Position numbers and translations under genes: made by a program
Shown: positions 18,880-28,895 of the stretch, piece by piece
How the letters are laid out: every line of letters starts with the position of its first letter
How positions within the stretch are numbered: the first letter of the stretch is position 1
The notes under the pieces: generated by a model
Database searches by the model: none
What the model was told of the DNA's origin: nothing
Seen by the model: only the letters and a program-made list of their open reading frames with translations
Assembly: GCA_045126515.1 (NCBI GenBank)
Contig: JBGVOM010000216.1
Location: 2,187 to 66,186 of the forward strand
Length of the DNA: 64,000 nt
Reading direction: 5' to 3'
DNA from: Lachnospiraceae bacterium
Lineage (GTDB): Bacteria > Bacillota > Clostridia > Lachnospirales > Lachnospiraceae

Positions 18880-21465
18880 ATGAAGATAAGATTAATGAGA
18901 CAACCTTTAAAAAAGGCCACTGCACTCGTAATGGCAGTGGCAATGACTGCTTCCTGTGTCGGAATTCTGACACCAAAAGAAGTGAAAGCTTCTGAAGATG
19001 AATGGGCATTTGAAGAAGATTTTGAGGGGAATTGTGGGGCTTGGAAATTCTGGCAAACAGGTGAAATAGTTCAAAGTCCTGATAATTCAAAAAACAAGGT
19101 ATTAAAAATGAATTTTGCTAGTGATTATCCTTTGGAGGCTGCGTGGGGAGTGGCTATAAGGGACATTACTTTGAAGCCTAATACATCTTATATCATGGAG
19201 GTAAAGGTCAGAGGGGATAATATATCTGCATCTAAAGATTTTAAAGATGGAGTTCATGTCAATCTTTGGGGAAATAAAGGATATCCTATGGATTTTGTGA
19301 ATGATTTTAAGACAGAAAGTTTTGGATGGTGCAAGATGCAGGTGTATTTCTATACCACTTCCACAGGACTTACAACGATTCAGTGTGGTCTGGATAATGT
19401 AAGGGGAACAGCTTATTTTGATGATATTCGCATTAAAGAATATACCTATACTGATGCAGATGAAGATAAAAGAATTATTAAGGAAACGGACAATATACGT
19501 CTGAGTTTGACACCAGAAACCTTGGAAACCTCTGGTATTTCCGAGGAAAAAGTGCAGCAGCTTTTAGAGGATTTGCAAAGTACCTATAAAGCATATTATG
19601 ATTTAACGGGAAGTGCTCCTTATTATGGCGATACAATAAATATGCTTGAAAGTTTTCGACCGGTATATCTAAAATATGGAGCTGTTTCAGGAAATCCTAT
19701 TCATTTAAGTGGAAGTCAGGTTTCTGCATTGAAGCTTTATATGGAAAAAGGTTGCGTTAATTTCGGCTGGCTTCATGAAATAGGGCATGATTTTGATAAT
19801 GGTTCTGATATTAAAGAAGAAAGAACTTATAATTATGGGTGGGATTTTCATGATGAATTCTGGGCAAATACGAAAATGCTTTATGTGTTGGATAACACAG
19901 ATGTTTCAACAAACATTGATGGACTTACAGCTGACACTATGGGAGAAATACTTCAGCATTATAAGAAAAATTATGATAAGTGGCATGCTAGTGCTACGGG
20001 AGAATTTGATGACAGTTACCATGATGCGCTGACTTATATTTTTGGAACAATAATACAGGATATAGGCTGGGAGCCTTTTGTAAAGACTTTCCACCAGTAT
20101 ACTGCAGAAGAGATTCCTGAACCGGTTACAGGATTGGCAAAGTTGGAACGATTTTTATATGCTGTCCAGCAAAATTACAATCCAGCTGGCAATGAAGTTA
20201 TGGAGAATTTTAGAGATGGAGAGTATGAGGCTGTTAGAAAATATTACTTTAATTTGGAATATGAAGCAAATGAAGATTTAGAAGCCCAGAAAAGTATTGC
20301 AGATGAAACAATTATGAATTTAGTTGGAGATAAGGAATATCCAGAAGTGATTCAAGCTGTTATAGATAGTGAGAAAAAGCATGTTGATTATGCTGGTTGT
20401 CAGGAAGAATTAGATGATATCATAGAAAATGTGGAAGCGGTACTCAGTCCGATTACAGTTTCTTATAAAGATTATAAGGGAGATACTGTTACTACCAGAG
20501 AAGTGAAACCGGGAGATGAAATACCCACAGATGTTACATTGAGTGAAAGAGAGTATTATACTTTTGGCGGTTGGTATATGGACCAGGAGTGCACAGTACC
20601 GGTCAGTGGAGATTCAACTGCCACACTGGAAAAAGACATCACTGTCTATGCAGGATGGAAACCGAACCATTATACGGTTGTTTATGAATTGAATGGTGGT
20701 ACCAATTCAGACTTAAATCCGGTAGATTTTACTGTAGAAGATGATATTATTGTATTTGAATCTCCTGAGCGGGAAGGATATCTTTTTGATGGTTGGTATC
20801 GAAGTTCTGATTTTAAAAAACGAATTTATGATTTTGAACCAAAGGATTTTTCCAGTAGGGTATTAGAGAGCTTTACAGTTTATGCAAAGTGGAAAGAAAA
20901 GCCGGCAACTCCAACACCAGAGCCAACAGCAACAGCGACACCGGAGCCGACAGCAACAGTGACACCAAATCCGACAGCAACGGTGGCGCCAACAAAAGTT
21001 GTAACACCAACGGTGGCACCGAAAAAGATTTCTGTGAAAAAAGCAGTGGTTGCTAAAGTGTCCACCCAGTATTATTACGATAAGGCAGTGAAACCGGAAT
21101 TAAAGATTACTTATCAGGGTAACGCCTTAAAGAAAGATAAAGATTACAAGCTTTCCTATAAGAATAATAAAAAAGCGGGCACTGGAAAGATTATAATTAC
21201 CGGAAAAGGTGACTATACGGGAACAAAGACGGTTACCTTTAAGATTGTAAATGGATATGCAAAATACAAGGTGGTATCTAAAGTTGGTCTATATAAATCT
21301 GCTTCTAATAAGTCGAAAAAAGTCACTACTCTTTCCAAAGGAAAAGTAGTAAAAGTTTATGTAGATTCTGAAGTAAAAGACACAAAGAAGAGAAACTGGG
21401 TAAAGGTAAAAGCAGGAAATAAAACAGGATATGTATTAAAGAAGAAATTAAAAAAGATGAAATAG
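18880..21465 (+). CDS. Secreted multi-domain zinc metalloprotease (M60/enhancin-like HEXXH) with Flg_new repeats, Pro/Thr linker and C-terminal SH3b-like domain
   Basis: Signal peptide. HEIGHDFD zinc motif. Two Listeria-Bacteroides (Flg_new) repeats (YTFGGWY, GYLFDGWY). A PATPTPEPTATATPEPTATVTP linker. A C-terminal NWVKVKAGNKTGYV SH3_3-like segment. Confidence 0.6.
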   Translation: MKIRLMRQPLKKATALVMAVAMTASCVGILTPKEVKASEDEWAFEEDFEGNCGAWKFWQTGEIVQSPDNSKNKVLKMNFASDYPLEAAWGVAIRDITLKPNTSYIMEVKVRGDNISASKDFKDGVHVNLWGNKGYPMDFVNDFKTESFGWCKMQVYFYTTSTGLTTIQCGLDNVRGTAYFDDIRIKEYTYTDADEDKRIIKETDNIRLSLTPETLETSGISEEKVQQLLEDLQSTYKAYYDLTGSAPYYGDTINMLESFRPVYLKYGAVSGNPIHLSGSQVSALKLYMEKGCVNFGWLHEIGHDFDNGSDIKEERTYNYGWDFHDEFWANTKMLYVLDNTDVSTNIDGLTADTMGEILQHYKKNYDKWHASATGEFDDSYHDALTYIFGTIIQDIGWEPFVKTFHQYTAEEIPEPVTGLAKLERFLYAVQQNYNPAGNEVMENFRDGEYEAVRKYYFNLEYEANEDLEAQKSIADETIMNLVGDKEYPEVIQAVIDSEKKHVDYAGCQEELDDIIENVEAVLSPITVSYKDYKGDTVTTREVKPGDEIPTDVTLSEREYYTFGGWYMDQECTVPVSGDSTATLEKDITVYAGWKPNHYTVVYELNGGTNSDLNPVDFTVEDDIIVFESPEREGYLFDGWYRSSDFKKRIYDFEPKDFSSRVLESFTVYAKWKEKPATPTPEPTATATPEPTATVTPNPTATVAPTKVVTPTVAPKKISVKKAVVAKVSTQYYYDKAVKPELKITYQGNALKKDKDYKLSYKNNKKAGTGKIIITGKGDYTGTKTVTFKIVNGYAKYKVVSKVGLYKSASNKSKKVTTLSKGKVVKVYVDSEVKDTKKRNWVKVKAGNKTGYVLKKKLKKMK

Positions 21466-21480
21466 ACTTTTATGTGAAAG

Positions 21481-21520
21481 AGGACGCAGATGTGAGAAGT
21501 GACATCTGCGTCCTTTTTTA
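21481..21520. terminator. Bidirectional rho-independent terminator
   Basis: Stem ggacgcagatgt / acatctgcgtcc followed by TTTTTT, placed between convergent genes. Confidence 0.75.
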
Positions 21521-21552
21521 GATAATAGAAAAGTTTCGAAGGATGCTTTTGT

Positions 21553-22707
21553 TTAAGAAGAACTGTTGTTCAAAGAATAAATTTGTTTTAATAATTCGCT
21601 ACATTGCTTTTGCAGGTCAGCGTTTTCACTTTTTAAGTTAGTATTTTCATTTTGCAGGTCGGTGTTTTTGCTCTGCAGGTCGGTGTTTTTGCTCTGCAGG
21701 TCGGTGTTTTTGCTCTGTAGGTCAGTGTTTTTGCTCTGCAGGTCAGTGTTTTTGCTCTGCAAATCAGCGTTTTCGTTTTGCAATGTAGTCTTCTGGTTTT
21801 TTAGGTTTTCCAGTTCTTCGTTCATTTCATCCATCATAAATTTTACAGTATTTTGGTCTAAAATACGTAGTTCTTCTGAAAAAATGCTCATTATTTTCTC
21901 CATATTCTGACATAAATTATAAATTTCCTGATACATAGGTTTGAACTTTGGATAATGCTCAATCAGATAGATAATATCATCTAAATCATCGGAACTTAAA
22001 AAAGTAAGCCAGGCATCCTGTTCATTTCTAATACCATTATTTTGACGAATAATTTTGAATATGTCAAGGGGAATAAAAAGATACTTTTGTAAAAGATTTA
22101 ATTCAATTCCCGTGTTAGATTTGGGTTCTACATAATGCAGATATTCTTGGGGGAATTGGTGAAATTCCTTTGGAGCTTTATCGAATAAAACGATGGTGTA
22201 GACTTGTTTGATATCACTGTATTTAAAGCGTTCTTTTTTCTCATCGCGAACTCTTTTATATTGTCGAAGCAATAAATCAGCGGAATAGCAGGCACTTCGT
22301 TCACCAGGAAATTTATATCCGATTTTTTGCATTTCGATATTTATGATGCTACCGTCTTCTAATTGGACTACAATATCCATAATTACCAGGGAGCTTTCAT
22401 CTCCTAATCTTGTGGAATCCGTTGGAAGTACAAAAAGAATTTTCACTTTGACTCCCAGTAAGACAGATAAAAAATCATTTAATCGTTCTGGTGCGTATTC
22501 CGGGCTAAGAATTTCTTTGAAAAATCCATCATATATCATTTTTACCCCTTTTGCACCGGAACAAAAATTTAGAAATTCTTCTTGCTGTTCAAGCTTCCAA
22601 GAATAAAACGTTGTACATAGCGCTGCACTGTTTTGGATTTCTTGTAAAATATCCCGTTTTTCCCTAATTATGGGAAAATACTGTTGTAGTGTATTTGCCA
22701 TAGGCAT
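21553..22707 (-). CDS. Rpn/YhgA-like PD-(D/E)XK nuclease-family (putative transposase-like) protein with C-terminal heptad-repeat coiled coil
   Basis: The N-terminal roughly 250 aa follow the Rpn pattern (DGFFKEIL, IVVQLEDGSIINIEMQ, VYTIVLFD). The C-terminus is (NTDLQSK)n, encoded by 21-bp tandem repeats. Confidence 0.6.
   Translation of the reverse strand: MPMANTLQQYFPIIREKRDILQEIQNSAALCTTFYSWKLEQQEEFLNFCSGAKGVKMIYDGFFKEILSPEYAPERLNDFLSVLLGVKVKILFVLPTDSTRLGDESSLVIMDIVVQLEDGSIINIEMQKIGYKFPGERSACYSADLLLRQYKRVRDEKKERFKYSDIKQVYTIVLFDKAPKEFHQFPQEYLHYVEPKSNTGIELNLLQKYLFIPLDIFKIIRQNNGIRNEQDAWLTFLSSDDLDDIIYLIEHYPKFKPMYQEIYNLCQNMEKIMSIFSEELRILDQNTVKFMMDEMNEELENLKNQKTTLQNENADLQSKNTDLQSKNTDLQSKNTDLQSKNTDLQSKNTDLQNENTNLKSENADLQKQCSELLKQIYSLNNSSS
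21606..21795. repeat. ~9 tandem copies of 21-bp unit (ctgcaggtcggtgtttttgct), 5 near-identical, in-frame within the Rpn-like CDS
   Basis: Read directly. It encodes LQSKNTD heptads. Confidence 0.85.
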
Positions 22708-22905
22708 GACTCCTTTTTGTATGTTTTTTTATCCATGGAAAAATTCATTTCGAGCGAAATGAATCAGCTGTGAAAAAAGTATAGCATGGACATTTTAGTG
22801 TTTCAAGTATTGACATCTAAAATTTATCTAAAAAAGTATAACCAATATATAAAATATGTTATACTTAAACCGTATGTGCGAAAATCATTGGTATGGGAGG
22901 AAAAT

Positions 22906-23280
22906 ATGTTTCAAAATGATTATATTATGCGAATGATTCGGGAGATGGTTCGAACCTTAATCAAATTGTTATGTAATATTGATACGGAAAAAACAGAAGA
23001 ACTAAAATTAGAAAAAGAATCAGCAGAGAAATTACAGGCATTAAAGAAATTAGTAGATAATGGATTCATAGAATCAGCAGAAGACCAACTGCTAGAAGAA
23101 ATAAATGTAGATAACAAGCAGGATTTCTTAACTGCAGTACTGTTTTACCAATATCTGAATGAGCAAAGTGATGATATGCTAACTGCCGCAAATTTCAGTC
23201 GTGAGGAAGTGGCAGAAGGATTGAAGACAGTAGCAAAGATATACGGATATGAAAGTGTACTCAACGCTTTTTTAGAATGA
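22906..23280 (+). CDS. Hypothetical small protein
   Basis: ATG 22906 follows GGGAGGAAAAT. Track start 22786 lacks an RBS. 124 aa, predicted helical and acidic. Confidence 0.4.
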   Translation: MFQNDYIMRMIREMVRTLIKLLCNIDTEKTEELKLEKESAEKLQALKKLVDNGFIESAEDQLLEEINVDNKQDFLTAVLFYQYLNEQSDDMLTAANFSREEVAEGLKTVAKIYGYESVLNAFLE

Positions 23281-23319
23281 TTTGTATAAGACATGAAATG
23301 TTGAAAGAGGAGAAAGCCA

Positions 23320-24672
23320 ATGAAAAGAATAGGACGAATTGCAGTAAGATGTCTGGGGGCACTGGTGGTATTTGGAATGGCAAATATGGTGCTCTTTTTC
23401 AAAATACATCACAGTACTGCTGCAGTAGTGCTACTTACTGCAGTGTTTGTGGTAATTAACATTATGCCGGCTTTTTATACTGCAAAGATACAAGACCGCC
23501 GATTGCGTATTTGTGGGAATGGTTGCGAATTGTTGTATATTTTTCTTATTTCTACTGCTGGAGTAATTATATTTCATATAGTCGCGTTTGCTTTGAGAAT
23601 GCCTATACTAGATGGGATGACTTCATGGAAAGACTGGATGTGCCATGTGATTCTAGCAATTTTTATAGAATGTATTGTGTTTTGGAATGGCATACTTAGA
23701 GTGTATTTAACCTCTGCCCAGTTAGGGCTGAAATGGAGGATTATCGGTATTGTGTGTGGCTGGATTCCAATTGCTCATTTAATTGCATTGGGAAAAATTA
23801 TTCAAATTGCAAAAGCAGAAGTACAGGTAGAAAATGATAAAATACTAAAAAGTCAGGCAAGAGCTGATGAGAAAATCTGTGCCACAAAATACCCTGTTCT
23901 TATGGTACACGGTGTATTTTTCAGGGATTTCAGGTATTTTAATTACTGGGGCAGAATTCCAAAAGAATTGGAGAAAAACGGTGCAAAGGTTCACTATGGA
24001 GGTCAGGAGTCGGCGGCGAGTGTGGCAAAGTGTGGTCAGGAGCTGGCGGACAGGATACAAACTATAGTAAAAGAAACCGGCTGTGAAAAAGTAAATATAA
24101 TAGCCCACTCTAAGGGCGGGTTGGACAGCAGATATGCAATATCCATGCTTGGAGCAGAAGATTATGTGGCAAGTCTCACTACCATTAATACACCGCACCG
24201 AGGGTGTGAATTTGCAGATTACTTATTGGCAAAGGTGCCGGAGGCCCAAAAGCAGGCAATTGCAAAGTCATATAACAGCGCCTTGAAAAAACTGGGAGAT
24301 GAGAATCCTGATTTTCTGGCGGCAGTTACAGATTTAACAGCTTCTGCATGTGAGAAAATGAATGAAAAAGTCTTGGACAGCCCTAAAGTATATTATCAAA
24401 GTGTAGGTTCCAAGTTAAATGTGGCAAGAGGCGGCCGTTTTCCATTAAATCTTACCCATTTGTTTGTAAAATATTTTGATGGAAATAATGATGGGCTTGT
24501 GGGAGAAAAATCTTTTCCGTGGGGAGAAAATTACCGCTTTCTTATAGTAAAGGGAAAACGGGGAATTTCCCATGGAGATATGATTGATTTGAACAGGGAA
24601 AATTTTAAAGGATTTGACATAAGGGAATTTTATGTTCAGTTGGTAGCTGAATTGAAGAATAAAGGATTTTAA
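23320..24672 (+). CDS. Membrane-anchored alpha/beta-hydrolase, lipase-like (AHSxG nucleophile elbow)
   Basis: About six N-terminal TM helices. The C-terminal domain has AHSKGG, resembling the AHSMG elbow of Bacillus-type lipases. ATG follows GAGGAGAAAGCCA. Confidence 0.6.
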   Translation: MKRIGRIAVRCLGALVVFGMANMVLFFKIHHSTAAVVLLTAVFVVINIMPAFYTAKIQDRRLRICGNGCELLYIFLISTAGVIIFHIVAFALRMPILDGMTSWKDWMCHVILAIFIECIVFWNGILRVYLTSAQLGLKWRIIGIVCGWIPIAHLIALGKIIQIAKAEVQVENDKILKSQARADEKICATKYPVLMVHGVFFRDFRYFNYWGRIPKELEKNGAKVHYGGQESAASVAKCGQELADRIQTIVKETGCEKVNIIAHSKGGLDSRYAISMLGAEDYVASLTTINTPHRGCEFADYLLAKVPEAQKQAIAKSYNSALKKLGDENPDFLAAVTDLTASACEKMNEKVLDSPKVYYQSVGSKLNVARGGRFPLNLTHLFVKYFDGNNDGLVGEKSFPWGENYRFLIVKGKRGISHGDMIDLNRENFKGFDIREFYVQLVAELKNKGF

Positions 24673-24693
24673 GGAAAATGTAAGGAGTTTAAA

Positions 24694-26421
24694 ATGGGAA
24701 ACAATTTAAAGAAAATGATGAGCTATTATAAGCCATATCTTTCTATCTTCTGGGCAGATATGTTTTTTGCAACACTTTCGGCAGCGGTAGCTCTCACCAT
24801 TCCGTTGGTGGTAAGATATGTAACTTCCACACTGATTTATATGGAATCAGAAGAAATATTACAACAAATCTTATATATAGCAATTTTGCTGTTTGTGCTT
24901 TTGACGGTGGACTGTTATAGCCGCTATTATATTGGAAATTACGGTCATGTTATGGGGGCAAAGATGGAATATGATATGAGGTCAGAAATTTTTGCCCATA
25001 TGCAGAAATTGTCTTTTTCCTTTTATGATGATGCCAAAGTAGGGCAGTTAATGAGCCGAATTACTTCAGATTTATTTGATATTACAGAATTACTTCACCA
25101 CGGACCGGAAAATCTGATTCTTTCCCTATTGAAAATAGTGGGTGCTTTTATTATTCTGGTTAATATCAATCCTTGGCTGGCACTGGCAGCTTTTGCAGTG
25201 ATTCCGTTTATGTTCGCCTTTGCGTTTATCTTAAATAAAAAAATGCGCCGTGCTTTTCGCAGAAACAGAGAAAAAATTGCTGATATCAATGGTCAGATTG
25301 AAGACAATCTTGCAGGAATCCGTGTGGTAAAATCTTTTGCCAATGAAGATATTGAAAATGAAAAATTTGCAGTGGGAAATCAAGGATTTCTAGCGGCGAA
25401 GAAAAACAGTTACCGTTACATGGGCAGTTTTCAGGCAGGTGTGGGTGTGTTTACCACACTGATTCAGGTCAATGTAATACTTGTAGGTGGTGTACTGATT
25501 GCACGTCATATGGTGAGTGTCAGTGATCTTGTTACTTTTCTTTTGTATATCAGCGTATTTACAGAGCCTATCAAAACGCTGGTGGATTTCACAGAACAGT
25601 TTCAGAACGGATATACCGGATTTGAGCGTTTTCGTGAAATTATGGATATTATGCCGGATGTAAAAGAGGAGGAAGATGCCATAGAACTTACCGGGGTGAA
25701 GGGTAATATCACTTTTGAAGATGTGTCTTTCCAATACAAGGATGGAACGGAAAATGTTTTGAATAGCATTAATTTGGAAGTGCAGGCAGGTTCTTATATG
25801 GCACTGGTAGGTTCCTCAGGAGCAGGAAAAACAACACTTTGCTCATTGATTCCACGATTTTATGATGTAACGGGCGGAAAGATAAAAATTGATGGACATG
25901 ATATACGGCATGTGACTTTAAAGAGTTTGCGAAATCAGATTGGCATGGTACAGCAGGATGTATATTTATTTGCAGGTTCCATTTATGAAAATATTGCATA
26001 TGGAAAGTCCGATGCCACCAGAGAGGAAGTGATTCAGGCGGCAAAAAATGCCAATGCCCATGAGTTTATTATGTCCTTCCCAAACGGTTATGACACGGAT
26101 ATTGGTCAACGGGGCATTAAGTTGTCCGGCGGACAAAAACAGCGTCTATCCATTGCCAGAGTGTTTTTAAAGAATCCACCCATATTAATTTTTGATGAGG
26201 CAACTTCCGCATTGGATAACGAGAGTGAACGAATTGTACAGGAATCTTTAGAAAAGCTGGCAAAGAACAGAACCACTTTTGTAATAGCCCATCGCCTGAC
26301 CACCATTCAGAATGCAGAAAAAATATTAGTTCTTACGGAGGAGGGTATTGCAGAGTCGGGAACTCATGAGGAGTTGTTGAAACAGGGGGGGATATACGAG
26401 AAATTGTATCATATGCATTAG
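24694..26421 (+). CDS. ABC exporter, fused permease-ATPase (MsbA/type I exporter-like)
   Basis: Six TM helices plus a nucleotide-binding domain: Walker A GSSGAGKTT, signature LSGGQKQRLSIAR, Walker B ILIFDEATSALD. Confidence 0.85.
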   Translation: MGNNLKKMMSYYKPYLSIFWADMFFATLSAAVALTIPLVVRYVTSTLIYMESEEILQQILYIAILLFVLLTVDCYSRYYIGNYGHVMGAKMEYDMRSEIFAHMQKLSFSFYDDAKVGQLMSRITSDLFDITELLHHGPENLILSLLKIVGAFIILVNINPWLALAAFAVIPFMFAFAFILNKKMRRAFRRNREKIADINGQIEDNLAGIRVVKSFANEDIENEKFAVGNQGFLAAKKNSYRYMGSFQAGVGVFTTLIQVNVILVGGVLIARHMVSVSDLVTFLLYISVFTEPIKTLVDFTEQFQNGYTGFERFREIMDIMPDVKEEEDAIELTGVKGNITFEDVSFQYKDGTENVLNSINLEVQAGSYMALVGSSGAGKTTLCSLIPRFYDVTGGKIKIDGHDIRHVTLKSLRNQIGMVQQDVYLFAGSIYENIAYGKSDATREEVIQAAKNANAHEFIMSFPNGYDTDIGQRGIKLSGGQKQRLSIARVFLKNPPILIFDEATSALDNESERIVQESLEKLAKNRTTFVIAHRLTTIQNAEKILVLTEEGIAESGTHEELLKQGGIYEKLYHMH

Positions 26422-26427
26422 GGGATA

Positions 26428-26681
26428 GGTATTGGGAGTGAGTGCACAAATTGCTGTGGCTGGGCAACACGGCTGCGGGGGATAAGAATTTCTAAGGTAT
26501 CCCTAAGCTACGAGGCTGGTACCGGACGTAACCGGGACACATTCGCCATCCGTGGCTCAGGTGTCCCTTTCCCGGACATCCCTGTCCGGGAATTACTGAT
26601 TTTCCAAGGGATACCAAGAAATTCTAATCCCCCTCCGCAGTGTCACCCAGCCACAGCAATTTGTGCACCCGATCCAATAAA
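26428..26681. repeat. Palindromic non-coding element L: ~46-bp terminal inverted repeats + inner IR pair flanking an 80-bp multi-hairpin core
   Basis: 26436-26481 is the reverse complement of 26629-26674. 26482-26504 pairs with 26606-26628. The core is 26519-26598. Confidence 0.8.
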
Positions 26682-26774
26682 TCCATGCCCAGTTAGTTGC
26701 ATTTACGTTTGGCTTGCAAATCTTCCCTAAATACGCCCGGTCTTATTTCGCAATGAGACAAGTGGCAGTCCAAC

Positions 26775-27030
26775 ATACCGTTCCGAGCATATGGCACAAA
26801 GGATTGGGGCTGTGAGGGTCTGTGGAGATAGGTTAGAACTTCTTGGTATCCTTTCTCAACAAACAGTAATTCCCGGACAGGACGTCCGGGAAAGGGACAC
26901 CTGAGCCATGGATGGCGAATGTGTCCCGGTTACGTCCGGTACCAACTTCTTCCCAAAGGGATACCTTAGAAGTTCTTACCTATCGTAACCGACTCTCACA
27001 GTCCCAATCCTTTGTGCCATATGCCCCCAA
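26775..27030. repeat. Palindromic non-coding element R: same architecture, different outer arms, same core in opposite orientation
   Basis: 26788-26834 is the reverse complement of 26984-27030. Core 26866-26944 is the reverse complement of the L core with about 3 mismatches. Confidence 0.8.
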
Positions 27031-27062
27031 CCGATATGTATCTACCCTCGTTTCCCGCGAAA

Positions 27063-28316
27063 CTACACCGTAGTATTCACCCCATTGACCGCCGCATGTT
27101 CATCTTCCTCCATAGGAATCACAAGGCATTTCTGACCATTGATTATCTGTGAGTGAATTTGTCCCACCTTTTCCGGTTTTACACGTAAAATAACATCATA
27201 AGTTTTGGTAGCCGGGATATCATCCTCACCGTCTTCCACAGGAACGGAGCGGGTTTCTTCTAATTGTTGTTTTAGGTTTTCTACCTGATGAACCAGTTCT
27301 AATTTTTCTTTTCGTTTTGCATTTACTTCCAATAATTTAGGATCCACTAAATGTTCTGCCAAAGGTACCTCTTCGCCAAAGACATTTTCATAAGTTTTTT
27401 CAATGACCTGAGCTTTGTCCTCGGGCACACCACTGTCAGATAATACAGAGGAAATAGTGCTTGGAGTCACGGGAACAGGTTCCGGTTCGGCAGCTTCCTC
27501 GTCAGTGAAAGGAATCAGGTCATTTAAATTGTCCTGAATATCTAAAAAGAGCGCTTCGGATTCTTCGTCATCTTCTCCAATCACCTCTTTTACTATACTT
27601 TGGAAAGTTAATTTTTGTTCCGTGGCAGTAAATTTGGAATTACAGCCTAAACCGGATTCTACAAATTCATTGTGTGGTGCCTTGGCATCTTTGGTGTAGA
27701 ACATACAGGAGTGTATGTCTGTACTGCGGTCAGAAAAGGCCGGGAATACAAAACCAGTATCCGGAACACCTACTACCCAGTCACGAATACGCGGACCAAT
27801 ACGGTTTTCATCTTCACGGTAACCAAGCCCAGGTTTAGAAAGCGCAACCGGACAAATAGCACAAAGCAAATATTCATAAACTTCTTCCGATTCATCTAAT
27901 TTATTGTTATCGGAGGTTTTTGTCATTACATCATAAGCATCGTGGAATACTAAAATCAGGTAATTTCCGGCATAGCTGTAGTTTTCAATAACCAAGTCAA
28001 AGAAGGCATCCATCAATTCCTCGTTTTTTAATGCAGAGGCTCTTAAACCCATCAAAAACTGCTGTTTACCGCCGCTTCCTTCTTCCTCCAGGGGAAATTC
28101 CAAATTTAAAATATTATTTCCCACGGTACCGGAAAGCACCTTCTTGGCGATTTCTAAATATTTATAAAATTCTTCTTCTTCCAGATTTAAAAAAGTTTCC
28201 CCAAAACTGGTAATTTTGTTGCGGTCTGCGTCCACATAGCAGCCACAAAGTCTTGTGAAAGTACAGGCATCCTTTTTAAAACGCCTTTTTAATTCCAGAA
28301 CATCTTTTTTATTCAT
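27063..28316 (-). CDS. Hypothetical protein (DUF4317-like)
   Basis: 417 aa beginning MNKKDVLELKRRFKKDACTFTRLCGCYVDADRNK, with an acidic C-terminal half. The DUF4317 assignment is from memory and unverified. Confidence 0.45.
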   Translation of the reverse strand: MNKKDVLELKRRFKKDACTFTRLCGCYVDADRNKITSFGETFLNLEEEEFYKYLEIAKKVLSGTVGNNILNLEFPLEEEGSGGKQQFLMGLRASALKNEELMDAFFDLVIENYSYAGNYLILVFHDAYDVMTKTSDNNKLDESEEVYEYLLCAICPVALSKPGLGYREDENRIGPRIRDWVVGVPDTGFVFPAFSDRSTDIHSCMFYTKDAKAPHNEFVESGLGCNSKFTATEQKLTFQSIVKEVIGEDDEESEALFLDIQDNLNDLIPFTDEEAAEPEPVPVTPSTISSVLSDSGVPEDKAQVIEKTYENVFGEEVPLAEHLVDPKLLEVNAKRKEKLELVHQVENLKQQLEETRSVPVEDGEDDIPATKTYDVILRVKPEKVGQIHSQIINGQKCLVIPMEEDEHAAVNGVNTTV

Positions 28317-28735
28317 AATATATGTACAACCTTTCTTAAAATAATGTATGTGTGCGCAGACACTTTTCTATTATAATACAGAAAGAATGTTCGGTGCAAG
28401 GGAAAACGGAATTGAGATTTCACCTTTTCTAAGGGATTTAATAATTGCTATATTTCATTATCAAATCCCTCACAAACCATTGAAAACACTAAGTTTGTGA
28501 CAGGTGAGCTTTCCCTTAGACTTTCCCTTGTATTATATCGTCCCATATGGGTTTACGAACCCTGATAAGGGCAAAAATAAGGGAAAAGAAATCTCATAAC
28601 ATAGTATAACACAAAATAGCAACGACATGGCGAACTGATTGAAATGCTTTTTTAAAACAACTCATAGCATCCAATTTATTATACGTATGTTTTTCCGACA
28701 TGCAGCATATACTGGTAAAGAGTCGAATCAGCATA

Positions 28736-28770
28736 TTGACTTTTTCTGTCAACTTTGCTATAGTAGGCTT
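28736..28770 (+). promoter_or_regulatory. Promoter TTGACT-17-TATAGT for abi gene leader
   Basis: Read directly: ttgactttttctgtcaactttgctatagt. Confidence 0.55.
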
Positions 28771-28799
28771 AGTGATCGTACTGGAGAAACTTGTGAAGC

Positions 28800-28850
28800 C
28801 TCCGGTCCGGAAGGCTCCTGCGGGAGCCTTTCGTTATTTATGACAACAGA
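28800..28850 (+). promoter_or_regulatory. Attenuator-like leader: two mutually exclusive hairpins, the second GC-stem + U-tract (ggctcc-tgcg-ggagcc-tttcgttattta)
   Basis: Hairpin 1 is agcctccgg / ccggaaggct. It shares ggct with hairpin 2. Confidence 0.45.
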
Positions 28851-28895
28851 AAACTTACGTAGCGTGCTTTCTATGTATATACCAAAAATAGGGAG

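Noticed and set aside
26428-27030. Palindromic intergenic block as a second CRISPR array or retron msr/msd
   Set aside because: It has no regular repeat-spacer periodicity, no adjacent reverse transcriptase and no cas genes. The structure is nested inverted repeats.
28736-28895. Abi leader as a type III toxin-antitoxin (ToxI-like) antitoxin RNA
   Set aside because: ToxI-type antitoxins are tandem direct repeats. None are present here, only two alternative hairpins.
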